Assembly: GCA_038143065.1 (NCBI GenBank)
Contig: JAYQLI010000012.1
Coordinates: forward strand, 79,198 to 143,197
Direction: 5' to 3'
DNA from: Rhodospirillales bacterium
GTDB taxonomy: Bacteria > Pseudomonadota > Alphaproteobacteria > Bin95
DNA: 64,000 bases
The position numbers and the translations under genes were made by a program. How positions within the stretch are numbered: position 1 is the first letter of the stretch; the number at the start of each line of letters is the position of its first letter. The notes under the pieces are model-generated. The model searched no databases and was not told the origin of the DNA. It saw only the letters and a list, made by a program, of their open reading frames with translations. Below, one piece after another: positions 31,508 to 41,249 of the stretch.

Positions 31508-32522
31508 CTACCCCAGCAATTCAACAACTGATTGCGGCTGTACTTGCGTATATCGCCTCAGTTGCGCCAAAGTTTTATGACCACTAATCAATGAAACTTG
31601 CTCAATGCTCAGACCTTCAGCGAACAAATCAGTAATCGCTCGGTGCCTTAAATCGTGAAATGTGGCATGTTCAATCTTTGCTATTTTGCGCGCGTAGATC
31701 CAAGCCACAGAAATACTTTCGGCTCTGTATGGAAAAATTCGACCTTCAGTAGTTTTTTGATCTGCAATTATTTTGCGAGCCACAGAAGACAAAGGTACGC
31801 GCATGTGATTACCCAACTTGCGCTTAGGATCTTTCCGGTCTCGAATAATTATTGTGCCTTCATTATGCGAAAAGTCTTCGTGTGTAATTCTACAAATCTC
31901 ACCTAATCGCATCGCTGTGGCCATTGCAAAATCCATTAAATCCGACATTGGCAGCTTTAGCTTGTCCTGATGATCAAACGTATGGCGCATCAATTCTATT
32001 TCCTGATCTGTCAGGTATCGATCACGCTCTTGACTGTGGGTATCTATTTTTGCGGCACTAAGAGAAGCGCGAGCGTTTTTGGTCAAGCTTAGATCAACGT
32101 CAAGGTGACGGTTATACCGGAGCCACTTTAGCAATCCAGAAATTAAACCAATATTGTGAGCAACAGTAGCGCCAGCCACGCCCTTTGTTTAAGACGATGA
32201 TCAATCCAGTGCTGCATCGTCGCTGCATTCAAGTCACGCAAACTAAGCGAAGATAAAACCTTCCCAAACGCCCTTAAAGAAGCTTGGTTAGCCGGTTTGA
32301 GCGATACGCTTCTGAAGATATGCCCCAATCGCCTGAGCAAGCGTCATGGCCGCTGGCACATCGACTGCACCATTTACTGCTTTTTGCTTCAGGGCAACTT
32401 CAGTCGCTTGCGCCCAATCCTGAGCCTCAGCTTTTTTATCAAAACGTTCGGGAATAGCTAGATCCGTTGCGCCGTACTTGGCCGCGCCATCTACCTGATG
32501 GGAGTTGCTGAAAACTTGGCAT
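31508..32522 (-). CDS. Tyrosine recombinase/integrase (frameshifts in 5' part)
   Basis: N-terminus MPSFQQLPSGRWRGQVRR; catalytic TAMRLGEI, FHDLRH, SGHK, LRRY. Confidence 0.88.
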
Positions 32523-32620
32523 GTGCAATCTTGATGTGTGCAATATATGCAATCGAAATATCATCAAATAGGTGTGAATTTAAATATATGTAAATAAACA
32601 GTTTTTATATTATAAATAAA
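32522..32620. promoter_or_regulatory. att-arm-like region upstream of integrase
   Basis: TGCAAT three times (32524, 32539, 32548) followed by an AT-rich tract ending at the ctrA breakpoint. Confidence 0.4.
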
Positions 32621-32623
32621 ATC

Positions 32624-33162
32624 ATATAGATGATTTAGAAACATCTCTTTGGTCAATGTGGTTCCCTTTGCGCAGCGAAAGAAGTTCTAACATTTGATAT
32701 TCTTTTCCAGTCAGATGTACGCTTTTTCCATCCACCTCTACAGTTTTTGCATCCAAATTAAGTGCTATTTTACCTGTTTCAATGATCGATTGAGAATGCC
32801 CTTCGACCGCCGGATAATCGCATGGATCCGCGCAACCAGCTCTTCACGGTGAAAGGGTTTGATCAAATAATCATCTGCACCAGAGCCCAAACCCCGAATT
32901 TTGCTATCTGTGTTATCATCGCCCGATAATATCAGTGTTGGCGTATCAATCCGCGCCAAGCGCAATTGTCGCAACACCTCATGCCCGCTCTGTTATCCGG
33001 CAATTTCAAATCTAGAAGTATCAGGTCAAAATCATAAAGTTTGGCCAAGTCGATCGCTTCTTCGCCAAGATCTGTCGTATACACGTTCAAACTAGCATGA
33101 GATAGCAACATCTCGATACTTTTCGATGTTGTCGCATCGTCTTCAACCAATAGAATACGCAT
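32624..33162 (-). pseudogene. ctrA: CtrA response regulator, 3'-truncated after ...KEMFLNHLY, with internal frameshifts
   Basis: [80 protein letters not shown]; the conserved [21 protein letters not shown] tail is absent. Confidence 0.88.
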
Positions 33163-33209
33163 CAAAATCTCCAACACTTACGCGCGTCACCAAAGCTTCA
33201 CCATAAAGG

Positions 33210-33224
33210 TTAACCACTCGTTAC
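33210..33224. promoter_or_regulatory. CtrA box upstream of ctrA
   Basis: TTAA-CCACTCG-TTAC matches TTAA-N7-TTAA with one mismatch. Confidence 0.6.
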
Positions 33225-33279
33225 CATAACGTAATTAACTTAACTCTAGCGTGAAATATTGCTGCGCGACGTTATTGTA

Positions 33280-33855
33280 AGACCTCTGCGTGACGACGGG
33301 ATTCCCTGAACTGTCTGGAGCTTGTATGGTTTTCGCAGTTTTTCGAGGATGTTTTCATGGACCTATTTTTGCGTGAAGCGGTGGATCGGATTGGGGTCGA
33401 TGATGCCTTGGCCAAGATTGATGCGCTGATGGATTGGTCGTCGTTTTCGCCCATTCTCAAACGCGGTCTTGGACGTTCCGGTGTCGGCCCCCAAGGTTAT
33501 GATCCACTGGTCCTGTTCAAGTGCCTGCTGATTGGACAATGGCACGGTCTGAGCGACCCTGGGCTGGAGCGGGCGCTGAAGGTCTGGCTGGATTTCATGA
33601 TCTTTTGCGGGCTCAATCTGCACGCTCCCGTACCGGATGAGACGACCCATTGTCGCTTTCGCAACGCCTTGGTGAAAGGTGGTGTTTACGACGATCTTCT
33701 GGCTGAGGTTTGCCGTCAGATCGAGGCGCATGGGCTGAAGCTCAGGAGGCCGAGGCCGCGATCATCGACGCGACTTTGGTGGAAAGCGCTGCCCCGCACC
33801 TGATATCGACGCGCCTGAAGATCGGGCCGAAGGCGAAGCCCCGGATGATCCGCAG
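33280..33855 (+). mobile_element. IS5-family element, 5' part with truncated transposase
   Basis: ORF 33357..33803 with YDPLVLFKCLL..QWHGLSD..LE, PDETTHCRFR; continuation IIDATLVE in a shifted frame; no right end seen. Confidence 0.85.
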
Positions 33856-33875
33856 TTAAAGTTTTCAATTTCACT

Positions 33876-34940
33876 CTAATGCGCAATAGGGTTCTGACAT
33901 TCCAAAGCTTCTGGGCCAAACTGCCTGAGAGCGGCTTCAGATCGCATAATGGGCGGAACCCGGACAGCCATCACTTTGACCCGTTGGCCATAGCGCAGAG
34001 TTTCATTGGTGATGGGCATTGCGGTCTCTGCGTCGAGAATTGAGATGATATCGGGCACAATTGCCAGCAGATCGCCGTCAGCGCGGGCGATGAGGTTTTC
34101 GTTTTGGAATTCGATGACGCAGCGACCGTTCGGGTTGTCGATCGAAACACTGCCTAAGGTAAAGCCTTCACTTGTGCGCCGGTCCACATCGGTTATTTTG
34201 CCATCAAAGATAACGCGCGCAACTGCATAACTTGTCGTCGCCAGAAAACGGCACAATTCGTCAAAGGGATCCTGCTTGCGGGACCGGGAATTGCGGATAA
34301 TCTCTCCAATATGCCGTGCAAGTGTCAAAGTGTGTTTGACAGCGCTGCGTTTCACATCGGCGCCACTCATGGGGTAGTTGGCGAAATATGCGGTACCGCC
34401 GAAGCGGATGGTGATGCCGCGGGCGATCCATTCCATGCGATGATTGTTATCCGTCATAACCAGTGACGTGTCACCCTTTTCGTCAGAAATCCCTAATGGG
34501 CAGCCTTTGACACCTTCGATGGCGAAGGTCTCCATCTGCAGTTCGGGAAAAGCCCGCCCTTGACCATCCGCATCGACCACGGGGATTCCCAGCCTTGCGC
34601 CCACAAACAGCGGTATGGTCGAGTTAATGCCGCCAACTTCGGTCGGCATAGTCGCGTCAGCCTGTCGCCCAAGCTCGTTTTCAACAACCCGCAGAGCGCG
34701 AATTGGCTCTTCGCCTGATGGTATCTTCTCAAGTAACACGGTGGGTGCACCCATCATTGCCGTTGGGATAATCAGCTTGGAGTCATCCAACCCGTCTGGG
34801 TCAATAATCTCGATCCTCCGTCCAGCGGCCAGTTCCTGTTTGACCATTAGTCCACCGATATAGGGATCGCCGCCGCCACCGGCGCCCAAAAAAGCTGCGC
34901 CGATACAGAGGTCGTCAACATCTTTGCATTTCAGTTCCAT
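33876..34940 (-). CDS. DUF917 family protein (thiohydantoin desulfurase-like)
   Basis: GAAFLGAGGGGDP, MGAPTV, EVGGIN, DADGQGRAFPELQM, FQNENL, PDII. Confidence 0.88.
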   Translation of the reverse strand: MELKCKDVDDLCIGAAFLGAGGGGDPYIGGLMVKQELAAGRRIEIIDPDGLDDSKLIIPTAMMGAPTVLLEKIPSGEEPIRALRVVENELGRQADATMPTEVGGINSTIPLFVGARLGIPVVDADGQGRAFPELQMETFAIEGVKGCPLGISDEKGDTSLVMTDNNHRMEWIARGITIRFGGTAYFANYPMSGADVKRSAVKHTLTLARHIGEIIRNSRSRKQDPFDELCRFLATTSYAVARVIFDGKITDVDRRTSEGFTLGSVSIDNPNGRCVIEFQNENLIARADGDLLAIVPDIISILDAETAMPITNETLRYGQRVKVMAVRVPPIMRSEAALRQFGPEALECQNPIAH

Positions 34941-34948
34941 TTGGCTTC

Positions 34949-36484
34949 CTATATTGGTAGATCGCCGACAGCTTTGACGCGCAATCGTGTGGGGTTTCCG
35001 GGCAAGTAGCTGATGGGCACCTGCTCCACTTCGATAATCTCAACACTCGCGGCAGTGGCGCCTGCGCTGATTGTCTTGTCTTTGGCCTCCTGGCGGGCGT
35101 CATCCAGCACCGTCTTCCGATTAGTCTCGTTCAAGGTCACCACACGTTCAACTTCGCCTGACACTTGCGCAATGGCCGCGCCGACGGCATTGGCAACAGA
35201 TGAGAACTCGGGGCGCAGCACATCCGAGACCGACTGTACCGGCCAATCCACGAGGATTGCGCCGCCGCCGACGACCAGCAAGGGCAGGTCCGCAGCTTCG
35301 GTTTTCATGCGCTCGACATTCCTATCCAGCAATAGGCGCATCGATGCGCGGGCGGCGTCAATGGTTACCTTGTCTGCGCGAACCAGCGATCGGTCTCCGA
35401 CATCGGCCCACCCTCCAGCGGCGGCAATATCAGTGGCCGTTAGCGTGTCGCCGCCAAAACATTGCGCGCGACTGGTCAACTCGTATCCAACTGAGTCCGG
35501 TCCAACCAGTCGCCCTTCATCGCGGACAAGACTGCCACCACCGAGACCAACTGCCAGGACGTCGGGCATGCGAAAGTTCGTTTTGACCCCACCCACATCA
35601 ACAAAATTGGTCGATTGGCGCGGGAAACCGTTGCGCAGCATGCCGATGTCCGAGGTCGTGCCGCCAATATCCACCACCATCGCGTCCTGAATCCCGGCCA
35701 GATAGACCGCGCCTCGCATAGAGTTGGTGGGCCCAGATGCAAATGTCAGCACCGGATACCGCTGCACATCATCCGCGCGCATCAGGGTGCCGTCATTCTG
35801 GCTGATGAACAGGGGCACATTGATGGCTAGTTCCTGCAGGGCGCGACGGAAGGCCTGCACCACATGGCTGGATAGTTCGGAAAGTGCGGCATTAATGATC
35901 GTGGAATTCTCTCGCGGTAACAGGCCAAACTGGCCCAATTCGCAAGACAGCGAAATCGCTATATCCGGCACCTCGTTTTGCACAATTTCAGCTGCGCGGC
36001 GCTCCATGTCACCGTTCATCGGCGAAAACACTGAGGTAATCGCTGCCGTTCGAATACCATCGCAGCGGAAAGACCGTGCAGCTTTGGCAACTGCTACTTC
36101 ATCCAGTGGCGCGATCTCTCTACCGTCAAATTCGTAACCACCGCCAACAAGATGCGCGTTTCGGCCAATCTCGGTGATCAGGTCATTGGGCCAGTCCGTC
36201 AGCGGTGGGATGGCCGACGTCGCAGGCAGCGCGAGACGGATAATGCCAACCGGCAGTAAAGATCGGCGCTGGATAACGGCATTGGTGAACTGGGTGGTAC
36301 CAATCATCACACAATCCACATCGGCGCTATCGACCGAAGCGTCAGCTATGGCATGCGTAATGGCCGCGACAATGCCGCTATAAACATCTGCCGTGGTCGG
36401 CGTCTTGCGCCATCCAAGTACGCCATTTGGGCCCAGCACAACAGCATCCGTGTTTGTACCCCCGACATCCACACCAATTTTCAT
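34949..36484 (-). CDS. Short hydantoinase/oxoprolinase A-like protein (DUF917-associated)
   Basis: GVDVGGTNTD, GTTQFTNA, SGPTNSMRGA, DIGGTTSD, GLGGGS, ANAVGAA; 511 aa. Confidence 0.88.
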   Translation of the reverse strand: MKIGVDVGGTNTDAVVLGPNGVLGWRKTPTTADVYSGIVAAITHAIADASVDSADVDCVMIGTTQFTNAVIQRRSLLPVGIIRLALPATSAIPPLTDWPNDLITEIGRNAHLVGGGYEFDGREIAPLDEVAVAKAARSFRCDGIRTAAITSVFSPMNGDMERRAAEIVQNEVPDIAISLSCELGQFGLLPRENSTIINAALSELSSHVVQAFRRALQELAINVPLFISQNDGTLMRADDVQRYPVLTFASGPTNSMRGAVYLAGIQDAMVVDIGGTTSDIGMLRNGFPRQSTNFVDVGGVKTNFRMPDVLAVGLGGGSLVRDEGRLVGPDSVGYELTSRAQCFGGDTLTATDIAAAGGWADVGDRSLVRADKVTIDAARASMRLLLDRNVERMKTEAADLPLLVVGGGAILVDWPVQSVSDVLRPEFSSVANAVGAAIAQVSGEVERVVTLNETNRKTVLDDARQEAKDKTISAGATAASVEIIEVEQVPISYLPGNPTRLRVKAVGDLPI

Positions 36485-37551
36485 GGCATCGCCACACCGC
36501 TATCCGCGTTCCAGTAGACCTCAACGTCGTCATCCAGATCGAGCCGGGCCAGATCGGGACGGTTGGCGACCTCCACCATCACGTGCTGATGTCCAACTTG
36601 AATGCGGTAGCGCATAACGGACCCCTGATAGATGATTTCGCGGACTGTCCCGTTCAGTTTGGGCTTTTCACTGGCATCCAGCGAATGCAGCCGGATCATT
36701 TCTGGGCGCACAAGCAATGTGACCGCCTGACCTTTTATGGCCGCATTGTTCTGGGTCAGCCGTCCGGTGACGGTGGTGCCGTCGATATCAATCGAACAAA
36801 CCGCGCCGTGAACGTCTAAGGCGGTGCCGTCCAACAAATTGGATTCACCAATAAATTCTGCGATGAACCGTGAGGCGGGCTGTTCGTAAATCTCGACCGG
36901 GGTGCCAATTTGGAGCACGCGACCCTGATCCATGACGGCAATCCGATCTGACATCGTCAGCGCCTCGGACTGGTCATGGGTCACATAAATTGTCGTGATG
37001 CCAACAGATTTTTGGATGTTTTTTATCCAGAACTTCATCTCTTCGCGCATCTTCTTGTCTAGCGCAGACAAAGGTTCATCCAGCAACAAAATCTCAGGCT
37101 CGATCACAAGCACGCGGGCCAACGCCACTCGTTGTTTCTGGCCACCCGAAAGTTCTCGCTCGTACCTGTCTTCGAAGCCGGTCATACCGACTTCGGCCAA
37201 CGCAGCATCAACTTTTTGCTTAATTTCGGCGCGTGGCAACTTGCGTTCAACAAGGCCGAAAGCAATGTTGTCAAAGACGGTCATATGCGGGAAAATTGCG
37301 TAATTCTGGAAGACGATTCCGATGTCGCGGGCCTCTGGCGGCAAGGCCGTCACATTGCGTCCATTGACACGGATTTGGCCTGTGGTCGGCTTCACGAACC
37401 CAGCCAACATGCGTAGCGTAGTGGACTTACCGCAGCCAGAGGGCCCAAGCAGCGAAAAGAATTCACCTTGCTCGATTTGCAGATCCAAATCCGCGACGGC
37501 AACCGAAGTGCCGAAGTGTTTCGAGATCGTGCTGAATTCTACATAAACCAT
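36481..37551 (-). CDS. ABC transporter ATP-binding protein (PotA-like)
   Basis: GPSGCGKST, LSGGQKQR, LLLDEP, C-terminal TOBE-like region. Confidence 0.92.
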   Translation of the reverse strand: MVYVEFSTISKHFGTSVAVADLDLQIEQGEFFSLLGPSGCGKSTTLRMLAGFVKPTTGQIRVNGRNVTALPPEARDIGIVFQNYAIFPHMTVFDNIAFGLVERKLPRAEIKQKVDAALAEVGMTGFEDRYERELSGGQKQRVALARVLVIEPEILLLDEPLSALDKKMREEMKFWIKNIQKSVGITTIYVTHDQSEALTMSDRIAVMDQGRVLQIGTPVEIYEQPASRFIAEFIGESNLLDGTALDVHGAVCSIDIDGTTVTGRLTQNNAAIKGQAVTLLVRPEMIRLHSLDASEKPKLNGTVREIIYQGSVMRYRIQVGHQHVMVEVANRPDLARLDLDDDVEVYWNADSGVAMP

Positions 37552-37568
37552 CAGATTTCCTTAGGGCG

Positions 37569-37594
37569 TGACCGGGAACCAATGCCCCCGGTCA
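37569..37594. terminator. Intergenic hairpin after the solute-binding gene
   Basis: TGACCGGG-N10-CCCGGTCA. Confidence 0.45.
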
Positions 37595-37601
37595 TGATTT
37601 T

Positions 37602-38708
37602 TTAAAGACCGAAGATCTGGTTCAACCTGTCGGTAATGTCGGCCTTGTTTTCCACGAAGAAATCCCAGTCTGGAACCCAATAGGCGGATACAGCATCAAC
37701 CGTATTAGTCGCCCCTTCGGCAGCAAGCGCGGAGGGCATGGCGGCTTTGCCATTGGTCGGACGCCACAAGAATTCCTCGCCAAATGGCTCAAGGAAATCT
37801 GGCGAAAGCGTGCGGTTCAACAGGGCAAGCGCAAGCTTTTTCTGCATCGGATCCGAATACCGGCTGATGGTTTTGGTCTGAGTCAGAATTGGCTTGCTAT
37901 CCCATTCCCAGACATCAACAGGCGCCCCTTGCTTTTTCAGCGTCAAAGCCTCGCCTTCGATATGTACCGCGATATCAACTTCGCCTCGTTCCAACAGCGA
38001 CAGCATGTTGAATGTGAATTCGCTGATCTTCATCGGCATGGCGCCCTCAAGAGCTGTGAAAGCGGCTTCCATGTCATACTGATCTTTGCCGAACTCCTTT
38101 GCCGTCGCCATAAAAAATGCGTGCATTAACCCATTTTCGGTGGCGTAAGTGCCGCGTTTGTTGACGAAACGTTCCGCAAAGAAGTCGCGGAAATTACTGA
38201 CTGGCGCACCACGATCTGTGCGGTAGGCATATACATAAGGTTGATATGCCCAAGTCACACCCGCCCCGCTGGCAAAGGCAAAGTCCCAGCAATCGGCTGC
38301 GTTAGGAACGTTGGCTTTGATTTCTTCTGTTGTTAAGAAAAAATCTCCCGCTGCATTGGTTTGCATCAAGTTTGGCAGGTTCCAGTTGGCCACGTCGTAA
38401 ACCGGATCGTTGGCACCCTGGGTAACAAATTTTGGAAACCACGGGAACGAGCTGTCCCAGTTCAGTTTGCAATTGAAGTCTTTTTCAAACTGGTCGGTCA
38501 ATCCCTTGCGTACAAACTCTTCCCATCCGCCGCCCCACTCCGCGACATTCAGGGTGGCACCGCCCGCATCAAACACTTCGCCGTCGTAAACGACGTCCTG
38601 TGCCCAAGCGTGGTTGATGTAGAACATGTTGGGGATGGTTGCCGCCGCTCCGAGAGCCGCACCACCTTTCAAAATGAATCGTCTGCTATGTTTCTTTTCA
38701 ATGGTCAT
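37602..38708 (-). CDS. ABC solute-binding protein (PotD-like) with Tat signal
   Basis: SRRFILK twin-arginine motif, WGGGW, LERGEV. Confidence 0.85.
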   Translation of the reverse strand: MTIEKKHSRRFILKGGAALGAAATIPNMFYINHAWAQDVVYDGEVFDAGGATLNVAEWGGGWEEFVRKGLTDQFEKDFNCKLNWDSSFPWFPKFVTQGANDPVYDVANWNLPNLMQTNAAGDFFLTTEEIKANVPNAADCWDFAFASGAGVTWAYQPYVYAYRTDRGAPVSNFRDFFAERFVNKRGTYATENGLMHAFFMATAKEFGKDQYDMEAAFTALEGAMPMKISEFTFNMLSLLERGEVDIAVHIEGEALTLKKQGAPVDVWEWDSKPILTQTKTISRYSDPMQKKLALALLNRTLSPDFLEPFGEEFLWRPTNGKAAMPSALAAEGATNTVDAVSAYWVPDWDFFVENKADITDRLNQIFGL

Positions 38709-38737
38709 CTGTCTTACTCCTTTGGTTGGTTTTGATA

Positions 38738-39545
38738 TTAGCCGTCCTGCCGTTCCAGCAATCGGCGGATGTTCACCAGCCGGTTCGTTAGAAGAACCGA
38801 GGCGATAACGAGGGTGATGGCAAAGATGCCGGCGGCGGCGGCATCAGGTTCAAATTTGTAGCGCAGTGAATTGTACATTGCGATGGGCAGCGGTTCGGAA
38901 TTGGGCGCGGATAAGAACAGCGAGACCTCGAACTGACCAAAGCTGACGATGAAGGCGAAGATTGACCCTGCCTGAATGCCTTGGGCGATGTTGGGGAAAG
39001 TGATCTTGCGAAAGGCGCGCATGGGCGATGCACCAAGGCTGCGCGCGGCCTCTTCTAGCGAGACATCGAATGTTGCCAACGATGCACCGACCGTGCCGAT
39101 AACGTAAGGTGTTGAGTACAGGATGTGCCCAATCCACAAGCCCCAGATCGTGCGCGATATGCCCAATCCGCTGGTGATAAAGAACGCGTAAAGGGCAAAC
39201 CCGACGACCACGCCCGGTAGGACCACCGGCGATAGGAATGAAGGCTCTAAGGGCGGTGCGACCGACGAAGCTAGATCGTGCAATGAACAAGGCCGCCGCC
39301 GTGCCCAAGATGGTCGAGACGATCATCGTCATCAGGGCCAGCTTGAACGAAAAGAAGAAGGCAGAGAGGTACTTTTCTGAGTTCAGGAAAGAGATCACCC
39401 AGCGTAGGGACAATCCTTTGGGGGGAAAGGTCAAGAACTCTCCGGTTGTTAGGCCCGCAAGCACCACAACAAGGATCGGAAACAGCAGATAGCAAAAGCC
39501 CAAGATTGCAAGGATTAACATTGGCAGCGGGATTTTGCGTTCCAT
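38738..39545 (-). CDS. ABC permease (PotC-like), frameshift near 39235
   Basis: FPPKGLSLRW, EEAARSLGA, SFGQF. Confidence 0.85.
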
Positions 39546-40435
39546 CAGGCAAGTCCACCAGAACTGCGGTTGCCCAGTTTCAGATAAACCGCGACGGCCG
39601 TGGCGCTGATCAAAAACAGGATCACGGCAATTGTGGCTCCAAACTGAAATCGCGCGCTTTCAGCGACCTGCTGATAGATGTGGATCGGCAAGACGCCGAC
39701 GCGAAATCCGCCCATCAGCGCCGGCACGATATAAGACGAGATCGACAAGGCAAAGACCAGCAGGGAACCCGACAGAATACCAGGCATTGAGGCGGGTAAA
39801 GTCACCCGCATGAACGCCCTTCGGCGTGAGGCCCCTAGAGAGCGCGCGGCCTCTTCAAGACTGGGCGGAATGCCCATAATCACGCCAACAAGGGTCAGGA
39901 TCATGAAAGGCAACGCGAACTGAACCAGTCCGAAGACCACGCCACGAAAGTTATACATCAGCGCGACCGGACCATCCGTCAGCGCCATGCTTCGAAGAAT
40001 TTGGTTGATCAGCCCATTGTCGCCAAGAATCACCATCATCCCATACAGTCGGATCACCATGTCCAACTGCATCGACGCCAGCACGAGGATCAGCAGAAAA
40101 GTGTTTCGCGCCGGGTTTTCTGTTTTGGCAATCACAAAAGCCATCGGATAGGCGACGATTAAGGTGATCGCAGAAACGATGCTGGCCAGCAGGATCGATC
40201 GCCCCGCCGCTATTAGGTAATTCGAACGCGAGAAGAAGCGGATGTAATTGTCAAACGTCAGGTCGGAAACCAATGCAACCTGCCCAACCTTCGCCGGATT
40301 GAAAGACGTTGCGAACAGTAGTCCGACCGGAATCACAAAGAACAAAACGAAAAACGCGACCAGCGGGACGACCAAAAGCCATTTAAATTGATGTTGGGAA
40401 AGGCCGCTTGCCCTGACTGCCGTAGCTTTAGTCAT
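39545..40435 (-). CDS. ABC permease (PotB-like)
   Basis: LPFMIL, EEAARSLGA, VTLP..MPG. Confidence 0.88.
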   Translation of the reverse strand: MTKATAVRASGLSQHQFKWLLVVPLVAFFVLFFVIPVGLLFATSFNPAKVGQVALVSDLTFDNYIRFFSRSNYLIAAGRSILLASIVSAITLIVAYPMAFVIAKTENPARNTFLLILVLASMQLDMVIRLYGMMVILGDNGLINQILRSMALTDGPVALMYNFRGVVFGLVQFALPFMILTLVGVIMGIPPSLEEAARSLGASRRRAFMRVTLPASMPGILSGSLLVFALSISSYIVPALMGGFRVGVLPIHIYQQVAESARFQFGATIAVILFLISATAVAVYLKLGNRSSGGLA

Positions 40436-41165
40436 CCGCTTGGCTCCGCATCAAGGCATCCAAAGCTGCCCATTCACGAAAACCGACGATGGGTTTTGCG
40501 TCCGGGTAAGGGTAGACTGCTTTGTCAGTGGTTTGACTGTTTTGGATCGCGTCATGGGCGGCTGTTATAGCATTTGGTAAAGGGTCGATGACTTTGAGCC
40601 CGTGGAGGGCACTACTGACTTCATCAGCAAACCCAAGCATTCCGGTACAGCCAAAGACAACGGATTTTGCCCCGCGTTCCATGGCCCGACTTGAGCCCTC
40701 AATAGTCGCCGCGAGCGCTGTCTTTCGGTCCGATTTCAAGGCAAGAACAGGGACACCGATACCGATGATTTCAGTCATCCGGTCAGCCATCCCATATCTC
40801 CGCGCCAGATCGGCAAAGGCGCGTTCTTGACGCTGCAATACTGTCACGATGGCGAAATTTGTACCTGCTGCACGCATCGCAGCCTCACCACAGCCAATAA
40901 CAGGGATCGAGACCGCCTCGCGTGCCGCGTCAAGGCCGGGATCAAGCATGCAATCAATTACGACGGCCTGCACGCCGTCTTCGTCGGCCTTGATCGCGGA
41001 ATTGACCACTCCGGGTGCCGCCAGAACTTCATCAACCGCAGATTCTATCGAGGTCGGGCCCTGTTTGATCTGAAAATTCGTCACTCTGCGTCCGTTTGGT
41101 GCGGGCAAGGCAGCGACGCGAAAGCCTGTCGTGACGATTGGCGTGATGACGTGGACCCAGCTCAA
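40428..41165 (-). CDS. Asp/Glu/hydantoin racemase family protein (start codon uncertain)
   Basis: GPTSIES, IDCMLDPGLDAARE, FGCTGM (two catalytic Cys), VIDP. Confidence 0.88.
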   Translation of the reverse strand: MSWVHVITPIVTTGFRVAALPAPNGRRVTNFQIKQGPTSIESAVDEVLAAPGVVNSAIKADEDGVQAVVIDCMLDPGLDAAREAVSIPVIGCGEAAMRAAGTNFAIVTVLQRQERAFADLARRYGMADRMTEIIGIGVPVLALKSDRKTALAATIEGSSRAMERGAKSVVFGCTGMLGFADEVSSALHGLKVIDPLPNAITAAHDAIQNSQTTDKAVYPYPDAKPIVGFREWAALDALMRSQADD

Positions 41166-41231
41166 AACGAATCCCCCTGATCCAACTGTTTCTCTTGCGG
41201 ATCATCCTGCTTAAGAAGTGATGTGGAGACG

Positions 41232-41249
41232 ACTACCCAATCGGGTAGT
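41232..41249. promoter_or_regulatory. Palindromic operator upstream of racemase operon
   Basis: ACTACCC-AATC-GGGTAGT perfect 7-bp inverted repeat. Confidence 0.55.
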
